Both the position numbers and the translations under genes were made by a program. From sequence record DRR723986_9138: a stretch of DNA of 43,760 nucleotides; one strand, 5' to 3'. Positions within the stretch are counted from its first letter, which is position 1; every line of letters begins with the position of its first letter. Positions 22,301-28,379 of the stretch are shown here, piece by piece. Under the pieces are notes generated by a model. That model worked only from the letters and a program-made list of their open reading frames with translations, was not told where the DNA came from and searched no databases.

Positions 22301-24924
22301 CAAGTTTCAGTTCAACCGCGACGCAGGTCCTCAGTGGATCTGGTACCGTGCGCTTGCACGGTGTGACGCTTGATAAATCAACATCCAGTTCGGCGGTTCA
22401 GAGCTCGATAGCTCTGGGAATCAGCCGTGTCAGTACTGGTGATGCCATCAATTTCTTGAATGGGCGTTGGGAACAGGCTGCCGGAGTTTTGACAATCGAT
22501 GACGGCGTTGGCCAGGCCCTGGTTCAAACGGTGCCATCCACCGGATCCCTGCACATTACAGGAAGCGGTTCCTATACGATGGGGCAGGGCGGCTCAGGGG
22601 CGTCACAAGAGATCGACGGCGGAGATATTCTGCTCAATAGCAGCGGTGCAGTTTTGATTGGATCTAGCGCCGGCAACTCCCTGCGATACACTAACACTCC
22701 TGGAAACCGCCTGACAATTATCGACGGGACCTTGACAGTTGCCGGACGCATTAGTCCCGAAGATGCACTGAACACACATACCCTGAGTTACACGCAAAAC
22801 GGTGGACAGGTAATTGTATCTGCAGTGAGTCACAACAACGCGAATTTAGGAACTTTTGATTTGCGTGCACCAGGCTCTTCCTTTGAAATGGGCGGCGGTA
22901 CAATTCTGCTACGTAACGCAAATCTTAGTGCGGATGGGACACGCCCAGCCGACGTTAACATTCTGGCCTCAACAGTCAATGTCACCGGAGGAACCATCCA
23001 ATTTGGTGATGGAAGTTCGGCGGCCTCACAAGAGTTTGATGTTGAAGTCACGAATGGGCCGGTTTGGAATGTAGCGGTTGGAAATACGAGTGCTACACTG
23101 AACCCATTTGCTGTAGCCAGTAATCTGCGAGTCCAGGGCAACCTTACCAATGATGGAACTGTTGACTTTACGGAAATCCGCACTGGCGCCGCAGCCGCTA
23201 ACTCGGTCATGACTTTCCAGGGTTCAGGAGGAACAAATCAACAAGTCACTGGCGCCGGTGTAACTGGATTGCAGAACATGACAATGAACCGTGGAGCCGG
23301 AACCGGCGTTCTGGTTCTTGGTCACGATGTTAGCGTCGCTGAAGTCCTAGACCTGCAGGAAGGCGCAAACTCCAATCCACAAGTCATTGAACTGGGTACA
23401 TCCGTAGACCTGATCATTAACAATACTGCCAGCGCGGCAATTGTCGATGCCGGAACAAACTCAGCTCCTTATCGCTACGTTCGTACCAGCCTGACAAGCG
23501 GGCGCCTCCAGCGTGATGTCACGTCTTCAGGCGGTACATATCTCTTCCCGGTTGGATCTTTTGATGGCGGAGTTGACAAATTTACCCCAGCAGAATTTAA
23601 CGCTGCGGCGGGTGGTACCGATGGTGGAATTGGTGTGCGTGTCTCACCAGGTCAATTGGTTGATGGTGGACACGCTCGCCTGAGTAACAGTGCTAGTGAT
23701 TACGTCCGTCGCTATTGGGCTGTCGGTGATGTAACAACCACGGTTCCAGGGCAATGGACCTTTAACTATCTGGACGGTCCGGCGGACTTAACTGGAAATG
23801 AAAATAACCTTGCAACCATTGCACGCTGGAATCCAGTAGATGAGGCGACGGGTGGAAGCTGGCGCCTTGTTTCTGCAGCCACTCTTAACACGGGTACGAA
23901 TCAATTCTCCTCGCCGGCCAATTATGCTGCCAGCGAGTTTACGGGTGACTGGACGGTTGGTGATGTTTCCGCCTTCCGCCGGATTTTCTACAGTCTGACT
24001 TCTGGACAATGGAGCGTAAGCTCAACCTGGACTTTTGATCCTGCGCATAGTGGCGCTCCAGTTGGTGTAGGCTTGTATCCTGACAATGCTCAGGATAGTG
24101 TTGTAATTGGTGGTGGAGCAGCCGGCACTAACGATCACGTCGTTGCACTTGATTCGGATCCTGTCATTGGTGGAATGACGGTCGGGACCTCCCTTGCAAA
24201 TACTGGAACGCTTGACCTGGGCGATTTCTATGTGAATGGATCGTGGTTCCGAACGACAACAGGCTCTACGCTACGCATTGGTTCCGCACTGGGAATCGTT
24301 AGTTCACCAACTAGCAGTGGAAATGTTCGGACGACGTTTAGAGAGTTTTCCACTCAAGCCAACTACGTATACTCCGGAACCACAAATCAGGTTCTCGGTA
24401 ACGGTTTGCCATCGACAATGCAGAGTTTCAGTGTTGCAAACACGGGTGCAACCGGCAATAACATTGTCAGTCTGGACCGTGCGCTGGAAGTCGGAGATGC
24501 TATGCAATTAGAGTCGGGTGGACTGGACATGCTCAATTTTGCAATTAGTAACAACCCTTCGAGTACCGGAGTTGTAGAATTGGCTGCGAACACGCTCCTC
24601 CGAATTGGTGGCACTGCAAGCTTTGCAACAGCACTGCCAAGTTATTCGGCTTATTCAATTGCTACCAGCAATACCGTCGAATACTATGGTTCTGTCCAAA
24701 GCGTAACGGTACCACAAAACGGTGCCGATGGATATGGAAACCTTACCGTAACCCAGACCGGAGTGAAGACAATTGCTCTGCCGGTGCGTGTACGTGGTGA
24801 TTTACGTGTGCAAAACGACGCAACTTTGCATATCTTACCGGGAGGCAATTCGGTCGAAGTCTTTGGGACAGTGCAAAACGATGCAACGCTAATCAATGAA
24901 GGGCGCCTGAAAATTGGCTCCTGA
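10390..24924 (+). CDS. Giant secreted repeat adhesin-like protein (beta-solenoid/G8-like modules x7, one GEVED domain)
   Basis: 4844-aa ORF with signal peptide ending GQA-Q. GTG 10390 overlaps the upstream stop; ATG 10465 is an alternative start. Seven (F/Y)(Y/F)S...G.W.....W(S/T) modules; RVWIDYDRDGSF...MRVQM...GEVEDY domain. No T9SS CTD, autotransporter barrel or RTX tail at the C-terminus. Confidence 0.85.
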   Translation: MIQSKFTQIFSSNQCIVTKRPNLNSMQQRLNDHTETSSISFASLRQSVLLALCAFCLLFASSEGQAQVPFALTNGAELTLTDGSLFTVNGAIEIDATSTLTQQGTGRIRVAGDWDNDGTFTAGTGTVELRGAATQAIEGAAATTFNEIIIAKDAVGNIVNIDADVNILNNFPVSTGTLQFANNSARAVTVQGGLDISGTAVFTVDAAGAALTHSISVEGSVTNANVLDFNPGGVAAANLTMNGSGSVEITGPGATTRLNGLIAAKSGLADIIEVNADNFDAANGFLAITGGLVHFAGTYTLAREFFATPGWNIPSAGGLWLDNADVTIQGQNGNGTIAGLLRITQGIFNVGDGASENSLFYDDGAQFEIFGGELNVTARLSGTAAGDEIDYNQTDGFVRVGNGARSTNGAFGMFDISSGSSTFDWSGGEIVLQRVVDGSNGREEYVNFAANGTVSGGILRIDNLDADNSRFDIESVADLPEIFMESANRARLRMDRDMTVLGDLTIAGTGGNRFIFANRTLTIGGDFINNGNNVNTINEGTTAEIIFNGSGEQRITGSNNNPTELPELQVNKTGVGNLILEVPVELFGDLRLVSDHLIDIDTYDLTVDAGDEIFSNTGSAQVFNSSKHIFSDAGTNAGTLIRGVSAGAATPFDLTFPIGTPNAYTPGLVQFLSGGATFAAGAFVQMRAVTQEHPAVELTNVSLQKYWTITTNGITLNPRGATVQFEYVQDEVQGNEGSYVVLYFSPAWPQVGGFWQIDPGLSDDIVQFNFKLFYSQEVNSLDGDWTAGEDDAGIAQYFSRQDGPYEDPDSWSRTTFGGPASATTPNKLSDRVFIRNHSISVNADPAPAHLLEIQAGSVITVNGDFAFTGDTLRLEDDTELAIAHSDGISEVAASGAIQSSIRDLSANAVYRFIGTASPQSTGDGIPSPVQSVIIDKAAGNSVGLAKSIAISDSLVINDGTLDLAAFTINGNSSGRSLIMRGGELLVRNTFPTNYSPPTFTSGEINFAGTGNQTIPSSLSNPAVLQYNDLTVSGVRGPTAAMTLRPQGEIRIGNVLDLSELSFQGAAFQRFLTDGSTVVFNASGAQSIPTHPLAPADSIVNLNYYNLVTAGSGVKSLTSTTASTFVILNDLNIQTNTTLASSGFDIEVRGDWNNTGGVFNSGTNAVVFRSESLGQSNTVTSRSTTDNPFYTVLFDGLGEIIVADDIQVNDDLFIGTSASLTLTTSTLSLAGDWSNTGGTFSAGTSIVEFSGAAQQKIRSANQGQTFYDLNIANGGLGVDARQVGGASDGITIANSLDLSGGNLNVRGRHVWTQGAIVRAGGTPGHIEGELRKTVGTDAQTVDYEVGFGESYTPITMVFAGTGGTEGLLGIDSDSVTTSSSPISTGVTPAANSLNDSRHVRRQWGISVPSGSAFAIGVDRTYDVTANFLADDARNGANPLLYESRIWTGASWLLPDRFGSPVQGLRSATSIIFEELTEFGTLTIGEPDFYNFYSLLDDGDWTDAATWSTQGYGGAAAPISPTANSRVFIGDSKTIILDAGVTIDGELTLDSTGVFDADVFVVSGAGTFSMSAASTLKTGNAGGLRSAAASGTIQTSTRDYNPGSHNRGTFVYKGAVGSQITGDGLPGTVARLIIEKSAADVTLNNAVNVSDTCSLESGELVLGADLNLQGDLLATTNASITPQTSTVTFDGSTGQSLVASGTTLSFFNFTVDKPINTGLLTFGTNSAVSVAGTLRFETGNEAYIDARTFTDCNVIVPGSIARVGSGHIDGTLQLNVPAGTATSLYHVGEGENYVPFTLELTGAGGTAGLVSIRNEPGRYDGLNDANTPIDPSRYIPRYWRMLEPSGSTFARGTRAMTVTLQVLDPADVGLVDALACSEMGFYRGATEGWQSLRPNTTGSNYPAGFGCGDTRFTLGSIDYDGSANTIIANDIPSDSTLGSTESIADGSTILGDFVIGNQNSIVITSFYSRTDGNWCDVNTWSTTSHSGAAATRHPNTQYDVVFIAENHRVDMDCNIGTSWLYGGGVGENAFYGPNVTVKKTGSLYLGPFELRGAALTVEKGGTLGVGSQDGIRNGFTGNGNVLTFTRAFLDSMNIVYTAEGYTASVGSDFSYCRPGWSSGTHWIERVRVRDNSTATIFDNSTDNFGRGLFYYADSVITMTAGQQYDMILNPNSGGNKRWRVWIDYDRDGSFDDPAERMFDFTGPNQQTSPDFTVPAGTLPGVARMRVQMRDGTGTSGPCNGSTGEVEDYTVLIINDTPQITQQTGNGLPDILWAFEVDAQRNTPGIVQLGKAIDVSDSLVLSRGTLQIGSNDIDLAGDWINNNTTVDLNTGTGEVFCIGKKNQEIRGTAETSFNDFSINKTDGLLSIATNATISSSMTFDADNLVFVDPDVTLTFDPSATLSAGAGAFSKNRMFQTEGSTTAGLIVKQFSNAAGAKSFLFPVGIDTVYNPADLSLTATYGALPSVGVRLRDGLHPERLQDDMLKKFWTVTTSDISAISANTLQFGYEDVDITGDVSAYIPAFYRSTGEWEINVGTNPKASPSPVVATDAPFVDGDWSAGGKLVFFEGRIFYSRQTGDWSNPDNWSNIGHSDIAASYYPFELYDSDTVMVDGHIITMDLDSVQVDSLRIGGSFNGTEPQGRGIVRFGQTPAQKNLIISRNLDVEFDGVIEGDAVGVRNDTLTLLGDMRNVAQVGANAGVFLDNSATNNTAIKFSGDGNNLLTGDGVWGDLPRVLLEKTNGLADTLINQSSSFSSASGRVSHYRFSPNAGVLRQATSGTLGLSFGTASVQMSPNTAFDIQDGAVKSSGSLISNAATRIRLRGGDLLVGDAQNENFQYRAGTIVKVEDGLFDVAGTFSRYIAGSTLQYEQATNGTTRVMKYGNTDIAKIGFDMVNSGSSFDMTGGRIIIANGTNGASADYRVDAGNGAGMLGGELQAGDSTFTVTSEIKVAGTMSIASLHSVASGVKTQITEETFIVRENVEIDNGHRFLLFGNTLEVGGDITNYGLFDAVSGSDPSDARLLVVNGSSDQTFYNDDTGGLATYNFRLEKSGGNLILGAGGNSELLIQNTFEFAGSNQALIDARTNAHFVQHSPTTSSTLQLIRNGQGHVDGRMFRWVESGANLVPFAVGTSASLDAYTPAVFESQGSGGTAGLVGVMAVGTNHPQVSTANLKLNNNIQRYWNVTTAGGFDLGGSRTFRLTLQFIDPDDLRDTPELLFFAQHRYTPACPDLPALCPPGGTWTTLTTPTITDTTMRSTGNSEFGDFALGELNNTTFYSRATGSWTDPTTWSITGYSGGAASRFPDQATDIVRIGNGKRVNLPGQIITPTVRSVLVEVFDDLPGELYIQGDLGTIRGLSFELQDSCTLGLHHLQGIAPTGDRGAIQMDTRLFGVGRYVFNSTAGSQNTGDAIPDSVAAIIVDNNSTPFNTVFMSFPSGANPVSIRDTVRINFGTLNSGRRALNVYGDMILRNNGVFEPLDASVAFRGTIDRDLRLDNLTGVDFYDVSIDGEDLIVKTDFVGSSTAHVHVINTLTFSSSGNLRVRDADRYVEVQIPGNVSRVAGFVDGKMRKPVGSGAENVFYEVGNLDDYTPIELTLAAGAGGAAGSVDAISYSPIPAEEFVGNRLDLNAKIDRYWSVTGATTFVLGSRTANVSLGFPGSEVSSIVTSNTIIRRRSVPTEVPEWSDRRNLVWEATTANVSLALGESPWTGLGDFFLGERAQRIFYSRQNGDWDESNSWSFTGFTGAAVPAGVYPNDDWQLGPGQEYEVRDSVIIGGGNSILLNTRPEISYLEVASTGTLRIGEGFFLTESPYGTSASLVADDGTLDLESADGIESGVADGVWRFSDAVRTFEPLADYVFSGSLDQEFGGAFPLAVNDILVDTDNNSRTVLWNRSGVVMSGNLTVQTGQLTIDNNNFLGAPADQAITVGGNLQIDAGAGFVVENSGTAPRSHSVTLFGNASVDGDWLMRPVANSSDFKAETSFSSTATQVLSGSGTVRLHGVTLDKSTSSSAVQSSIALGISRVSTGDAINFLNGRWEQAAGVLTIDDGVGQALVQTVPSTGSLHITGSGSYTMGQGGSGASQEIDGGDILLNSSGAVLIGSSAGNSLRYTNTPGNRLTIIDGTLTVAGRISPEDALNTHTLSYTQNGGQVIVSAVSHNNANLGTFDLRAPGSSFEMGGGTILLRNANLSADGTRPADVNILASTVNVTGGTIQFGDGSSAASQEFDVEVTNGPVWNVAVGNTSATLNPFAVASNLRVQGNLTNDGTVDFTEIRTGAAAANSVMTFQGSGGTNQQVTGAGVTGLQNMTMNRGAGTGVLVLGHDVSVAEVLDLQEGANSNPQVIELGTSVDLIINNTASAAIVDAGTNSAPYRYVRTSLTSGRLQRDVTSSGGTYLFPVGSFDGGVDKFTPAEFNAAAGGTDGGIGVRVSPGQLVDGGHARLSNSASDYVRRYWAVGDVTTTVPGQWTFNYLDGPADLTGNENNLATIARWNPVDEATGGSWRLVSAATLNTGTNQFSSPANYAASEFTGDWTVGDVSAFRRIFYSLTSGQWSVSSTWTFDPAHSGAPVGVGLYPDNAQDSVVIGGGAAGTNDHVVALDSDPVIGGMTVGTSLANTGTLDLGDFYVNGSWFRTTTGSTLRIGSALGIVSSPTSSGNVRTTFREFSTQANYVYSGTTNQVLGNGLPSTMQSFSVANTGATGNNIVSLDRALEVGDAMQLESGGLDMLNFAISNNPSSTGVVELAANTLLRIGGTASFATALPSYSAYSIATSNTVEYYGSVQSVTVPQNGADGYGNLTVTQTGVKTIALPVRVRGDLRVQNDATLHILPGGNSVEVFGTVQNDATLINEGRLKIGS

Positions 24925-24993
24925 TTGTCTAGTTCTTGCGTTATCCAGACCGATTAATCATGTCTTCCACGCTACTCCATTTGGTACCCGACA

Positions 24994-25635
24994 ATGCGTA
25001 TAGTAATCGCAGATGATCACGAAGTGTTTCGCCTTGGTTTGAGAACATTGCTCAAATCCGAAGAAGAAATTGAGATTGTCGGAGAAGCCTCAGACGGAAA
25101 CAGCGCTGTAGAACTGGTGCGTGAGTTACTGCCGGATGCTGCCTTGATTGACATTCTGATGCCTGAGAAGACCGGCATTGAAGCGGTAAAGGAGTTAAAA
25201 GAGACGGACAAAGACGTTAGAATCATCATGTTGACGTCTCTGGAGGATAAGTTTCATTTATCAAAAGCAATGTCAGCAGGGGCTAATGGTTATCTGTCCA
25301 AGGAAGTTGGACGGCAAGAGTTGATTGATGCACTCCATGCCGTAGTGCGCGGAGAGCGTGTTTTTAGCTCTTCAATTTTGAAGATCATGGCAAACCCCAA
25401 TGAAGTGCCTTACTTTAGCGATGAGTTTAGCATTTCAAATGTCAACATTTATTTGTCAGACCGCGAGCAGGAAATACTCAAGCTGATTTCCAAAGGCATG
25501 ACCAGCAAAGAGATTGGTGAAGCCCTCTTTATAAGCCCTCGGACCGTTGAAACACACCGCACAAATCTGATGCATAAACTCCAGATCAAGAACACTGCGG
25601 GTCTTATTCGTTTTGCATTGCTGAATCTGCCATAA
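24994..25635 (+). CDS. NarL/FixJ-family response regulator (REC + LuxR HTH)
   Basis: IADDHEVFR, DILMP phospho-Asp, GANGYLSK, LSDREQEILKLI..G.TSKEIG..LFISPRTVETHR. Confidence 0.95.
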   Translation: MRIVIADDHEVFRLGLRTLLKSEEEIEIVGEASDGNSAVELVRELLPDAALIDILMPEKTGIEAVKELKETDKDVRIIMLTSLEDKFHLSKAMSAGANGYLSKEVGRQELIDALHAVVRGERVFSSSILKIMANPNEVPYFSDEFSISNVNIYLSDREQEILKLISKGMTSKEIGEALFISPRTVETHRTNLMHKLQIKNTAGLIRFALLNLP

Positions 25636-25706
25636 CTGTTACGAATCGAAACATTAAAACCGCCTATTTTCCCGCGAAACCACCAATTTCGTGTACTGAT
25701 CCTGAA

Positions 25707-25756
25707 ATTACGTAGTTATACGGATTGAATTGAGCAGGCCTTTCGAGCTAAGTTTG
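25707..25756 (+). promoter_or_regulatory. Operator box 2 (ATTACGTAGTTATACGGATTGA) plus Bacteroidota -7 element TAAGTTTG
   Basis: Box at 25707-25728; TTG at 25725-25727, 21-nt spacer, perfect TAnnTTTG at 25749-25756. Confidence 0.75.
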
Positions 25757-25884
25757 TACTAAGCTTGGAACAGAGATTTCTTTTAAGTGGTTATCCATTC
25801 CAACGCCGTGAATAACTCAATCGCGATATCTAGCAATTAAATATATACATGCTGTCTTCCATTAATTTTCAAGGACTATTCATT

Positions 25885-28167
25885 ATGCGAATGAAGCACC
25901 AATTGAAACGACTGGCACTTGCGACCACATGCGGTCTCGCATTTGGCGCAGTCGGCGCAATGGCGCAAAATTTGAATAACAACGGCGGTACCATTAACAA
26001 CGTCGGTGATATCGTTTTCTGTACAGCAAACGGTGAGTTTCAGAGTGGTAACCCCGGCGCAGCCCTGAATGGCGATGGTCGCGTTCTCTTTGAAGAAGTA
26101 GGCAACCAATTCACCGAGCCAGGTGGTGGCGTAGGTGGACCAGGTGCTGTTGATACCGATCGTATCCCGTACGAAGTAGTTTGGACTGCGGACGCTGGTA
26201 CTCAAGTTGTTCAGGATCGTTTTTACACGAACCTGACGGTTGAAGACGATGCTGCCAAAACCATTAACGATGGCGTCTTTGTTAGCGAAGTTTACACCGC
26301 TGCCGGTGGCGACCGTACTTACAATGGCACGTTCACTTATGATGGTTCGCTCGCACAAAACATCTTCGCTGAAGTTGGTATTGGCGTTGGTACAAACCGC
26401 TACAACAACCTGCAGCTTACAGAAGCAGGTGCGAAAACTTTGCAGGCCGGCGACGCAACAACGGTTGACGGCGACCTCTTGATGGCAGCTTCCAATACAG
26501 GCGGTCTGTCTGTTGAGGGTGGTTTGACGATTGGTGATGCAGTAACGCAAGACGCTGCTGCTCCTCTGGTAATCGACGGAACGGGTGCCGCTGCTACTGA
26601 CGGTCAGTTTAACACTGGCGCTGGAGTAGGTGATTTCTCTGGTGCGGTTGCAATCAACAACGGTGGTCTTCTTGATGTTGTCGGTGCAGGTACCAACGAT
26701 TTCTCCGGCACCGTTGATGTAAATGATGGTGACTTCTTTGTTCGCACCGGCTCTGGCGATGCAACAATCTCGGGTGCCATGACTCTGGCCAACCTGGCAA
26801 CAGCTACACTGAATCTTGAAACTGGAACTGCACTCACAGTATCCGGTAGCTTGACTAACAGCCACGCCGCTGGTGTTAACGCAAACTTTGATGACGCTTC
26901 AACTGTTGCTTATACAGGTGCCGCCGGTCAATCTGTTATGCAAACTGTCGCTTCCAATCCTTACGGTAATCTCAGCACAGACAACGCTGGCAAAACTGCT
27001 GCCGGCGATGTTTACATGAGCAACAACCTTGATGTGGGTGTAACTGATGGTGCTGGTGGTGACCTTGATATGGATGGCAACACGCTGTTCATGACAGACG
27101 CCAATGCAACTGTTGACTATGATGCTACAAACTACACAGAAGTTGTTGGTGCTATGCGCCGTACGACGGATGCCGGTTTCGCTGGACCATATGTCTTCAA
27201 CAATGCTGAAACTCAGGTTTCCTTTACTGGTGGAACTGAGTACACTGGTTACTATGAAATGAATGTTCAGCCTGGAGTTGCTCCAAACAACTTTGACGCT
27301 GAGACTGATGTTGAGCGTAAAATTACTGTTGACTACGACAACACTGCATGGACAGCTACAGTTCGCGCCGGTTGGAAAGATGGTGAGCAGGGAACAGACT
27401 GGAACGTTCCAGCAGTACCTACGACTGTAGATCAACTGCGCTTCTTTGAGAACGATGGTGCTGAAGAGCAGAAAGTTGCTACAGGCCAGGCTCCTAGTCG
27501 CGACAATGCAAATACACTTCGTTATGTCGAGCTTGCCGGTATCGACGCTACAAACGTAGCATTGCCTGGTAACGCGATTAGCGAATTCTACGGAACGAAC
27601 GACCTTGTACTTCGTGGTGGACCAACAATTTTCTACGCCATTCTGGATGGTCGCTGGTCAAACCCTGGTACATGGGATGAAGGTATCGAGCCACGTGAGT
27701 ATGACAACGTAGTTGTTCAAAACGGTGTTACTGTTCACGTTGGTTATCGTCGTAATGGTGTTGATGGTACCAATCCAGCTGGTCAAAACGAAGAGGGTTT
27801 CAATCCTCTGACAGCTGACACTGAGCGTGATGGCGGTCTTGCTGCAAACGTTACGATTGAAGATGGTGGTGGCCTCCTGATCGGTTACAATGATAACTCC
27901 GATGTTGGTAATCCATTTACAGTTGATCAGAGCAACGGTTCAGTTGCTTGGGCACTTAGCTCAGGCGCTCTCCTCTCGAATGCTTCCGGTGCTGGTGCAA
28001 CAACTGCTCCAACCCCAGCTGTACTGACTTCAACGATGACTGGCAACACTGACTTCCCTGGCTTTATCAACTTCGGTAACAGTGCCGCTCTTGGTAGCTT
28101 CCAGGTTAGTTCAATCGATAACACCGGTTACCTCGCCAATGGTGGTACGCTGCGTGTTTGTGACTAA
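25885..28167 (+). CDS. Secreted beta-solenoid protein equal to one repeat unit of the giant; candidate major filament subunit
   Basis: AAGGA precedes ATG 25885 (ORF track start 25849). Signal peptide ends AMA-Q. TV.Y.G...Q.....Y.NL and FYAILDGRWSNPGTW motifs are shared with the giant. Codons look strongly biased by eye. No T9SS CTD. The CDS is secure; the subunit role is inferred. Confidence 0.75.
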   Translation: MRMKHQLKRLALATTCGLAFGAVGAMAQNLNNNGGTINNVGDIVFCTANGEFQSGNPGAALNGDGRVLFEEVGNQFTEPGGGVGGPGAVDTDRIPYEVVWTADAGTQVVQDRFYTNLTVEDDAAKTINDGVFVSEVYTAAGGDRTYNGTFTYDGSLAQNIFAEVGIGVGTNRYNNLQLTEAGAKTLQAGDATTVDGDLLMAASNTGGLSVEGGLTIGDAVTQDAAAPLVIDGTGAAATDGQFNTGAGVGDFSGAVAINNGGLLDVVGAGTNDFSGTVDVNDGDFFVRTGSGDATISGAMTLANLATATLNLETGTALTVSGSLTNSHAAGVNANFDDASTVAYTGAAGQSVMQTVASNPYGNLSTDNAGKTAAGDVYMSNNLDVGVTDGAGGDLDMDGNTLFMTDANATVDYDATNYTEVVGAMRRTTDAGFAGPYVFNNAETQVSFTGGTEYTGYYEMNVQPGVAPNNFDAETDVERKITVDYDNTAWTATVRAGWKDGEQGTDWNVPAVPTTVDQLRFFENDGAEEQKVATGQAPSRDNANTLRYVELAGIDATNVALPGNAISEFYGTNDLVLRGGPTIFYAILDGRWSNPGTWDEGIEPREYDNVVVQNGVTVHVGYRRNGVDGTNPAGQNEEGFNPLTADTERDGGLAANVTIEDGGGLLIGYNDNSDVGNPFTVDQSNGSVAWALSSGALLSNASGAGATTAPTPAVLTSTMTGNTDFPGFINFGNSAALGSFQVSSIDNTGYLANGGTLRVCD

Positions 28168-28222
28168 GAGTTCAGTTCCATTCGTGAATGGTGCTGAAAG
28201 AGGAATGACGGCATGATTCGGA

Positions 28223-28249
28223 GCCGGCTGGTCTATGCGACCAGCCGGC
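28223..28249 (+). terminator. GC-rich stem-loop after the candidate major subunit (attenuator or mRNA stabiliser)
   Basis: gccggctggtc-tatgc-gaccagccggc: perfect 11-bp stem, no clean U-tract on the + strand. Confidence 0.6.
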
Positions 28250-28379
28250 ACTTCCGGAAAAAACAGGCCCTAATTCCCGAGCCGGTTTAAGCTGCCCAAG
28301 TTTGAAAACAACGCAATGTCAAATCGCTTTTTGCCCAGTCTCAACTTCAACTCTTGATCTCCAGGTAAACCCAACAAAG

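Noticed and set aside
10390-24924. RTX/T1SS, autotransporter or TpsA assignment for the giant protein
   Set aside because: No GGxGxD nonamer arrays, C-terminal barrel, TPS motif or partner transporter seen.
25876-26865. 329-aa minus-strand ORF and many other short alternative-frame ORFs
   Set aside because: Shadows of long, codon-biased genes, with no motifs or plausible starts.
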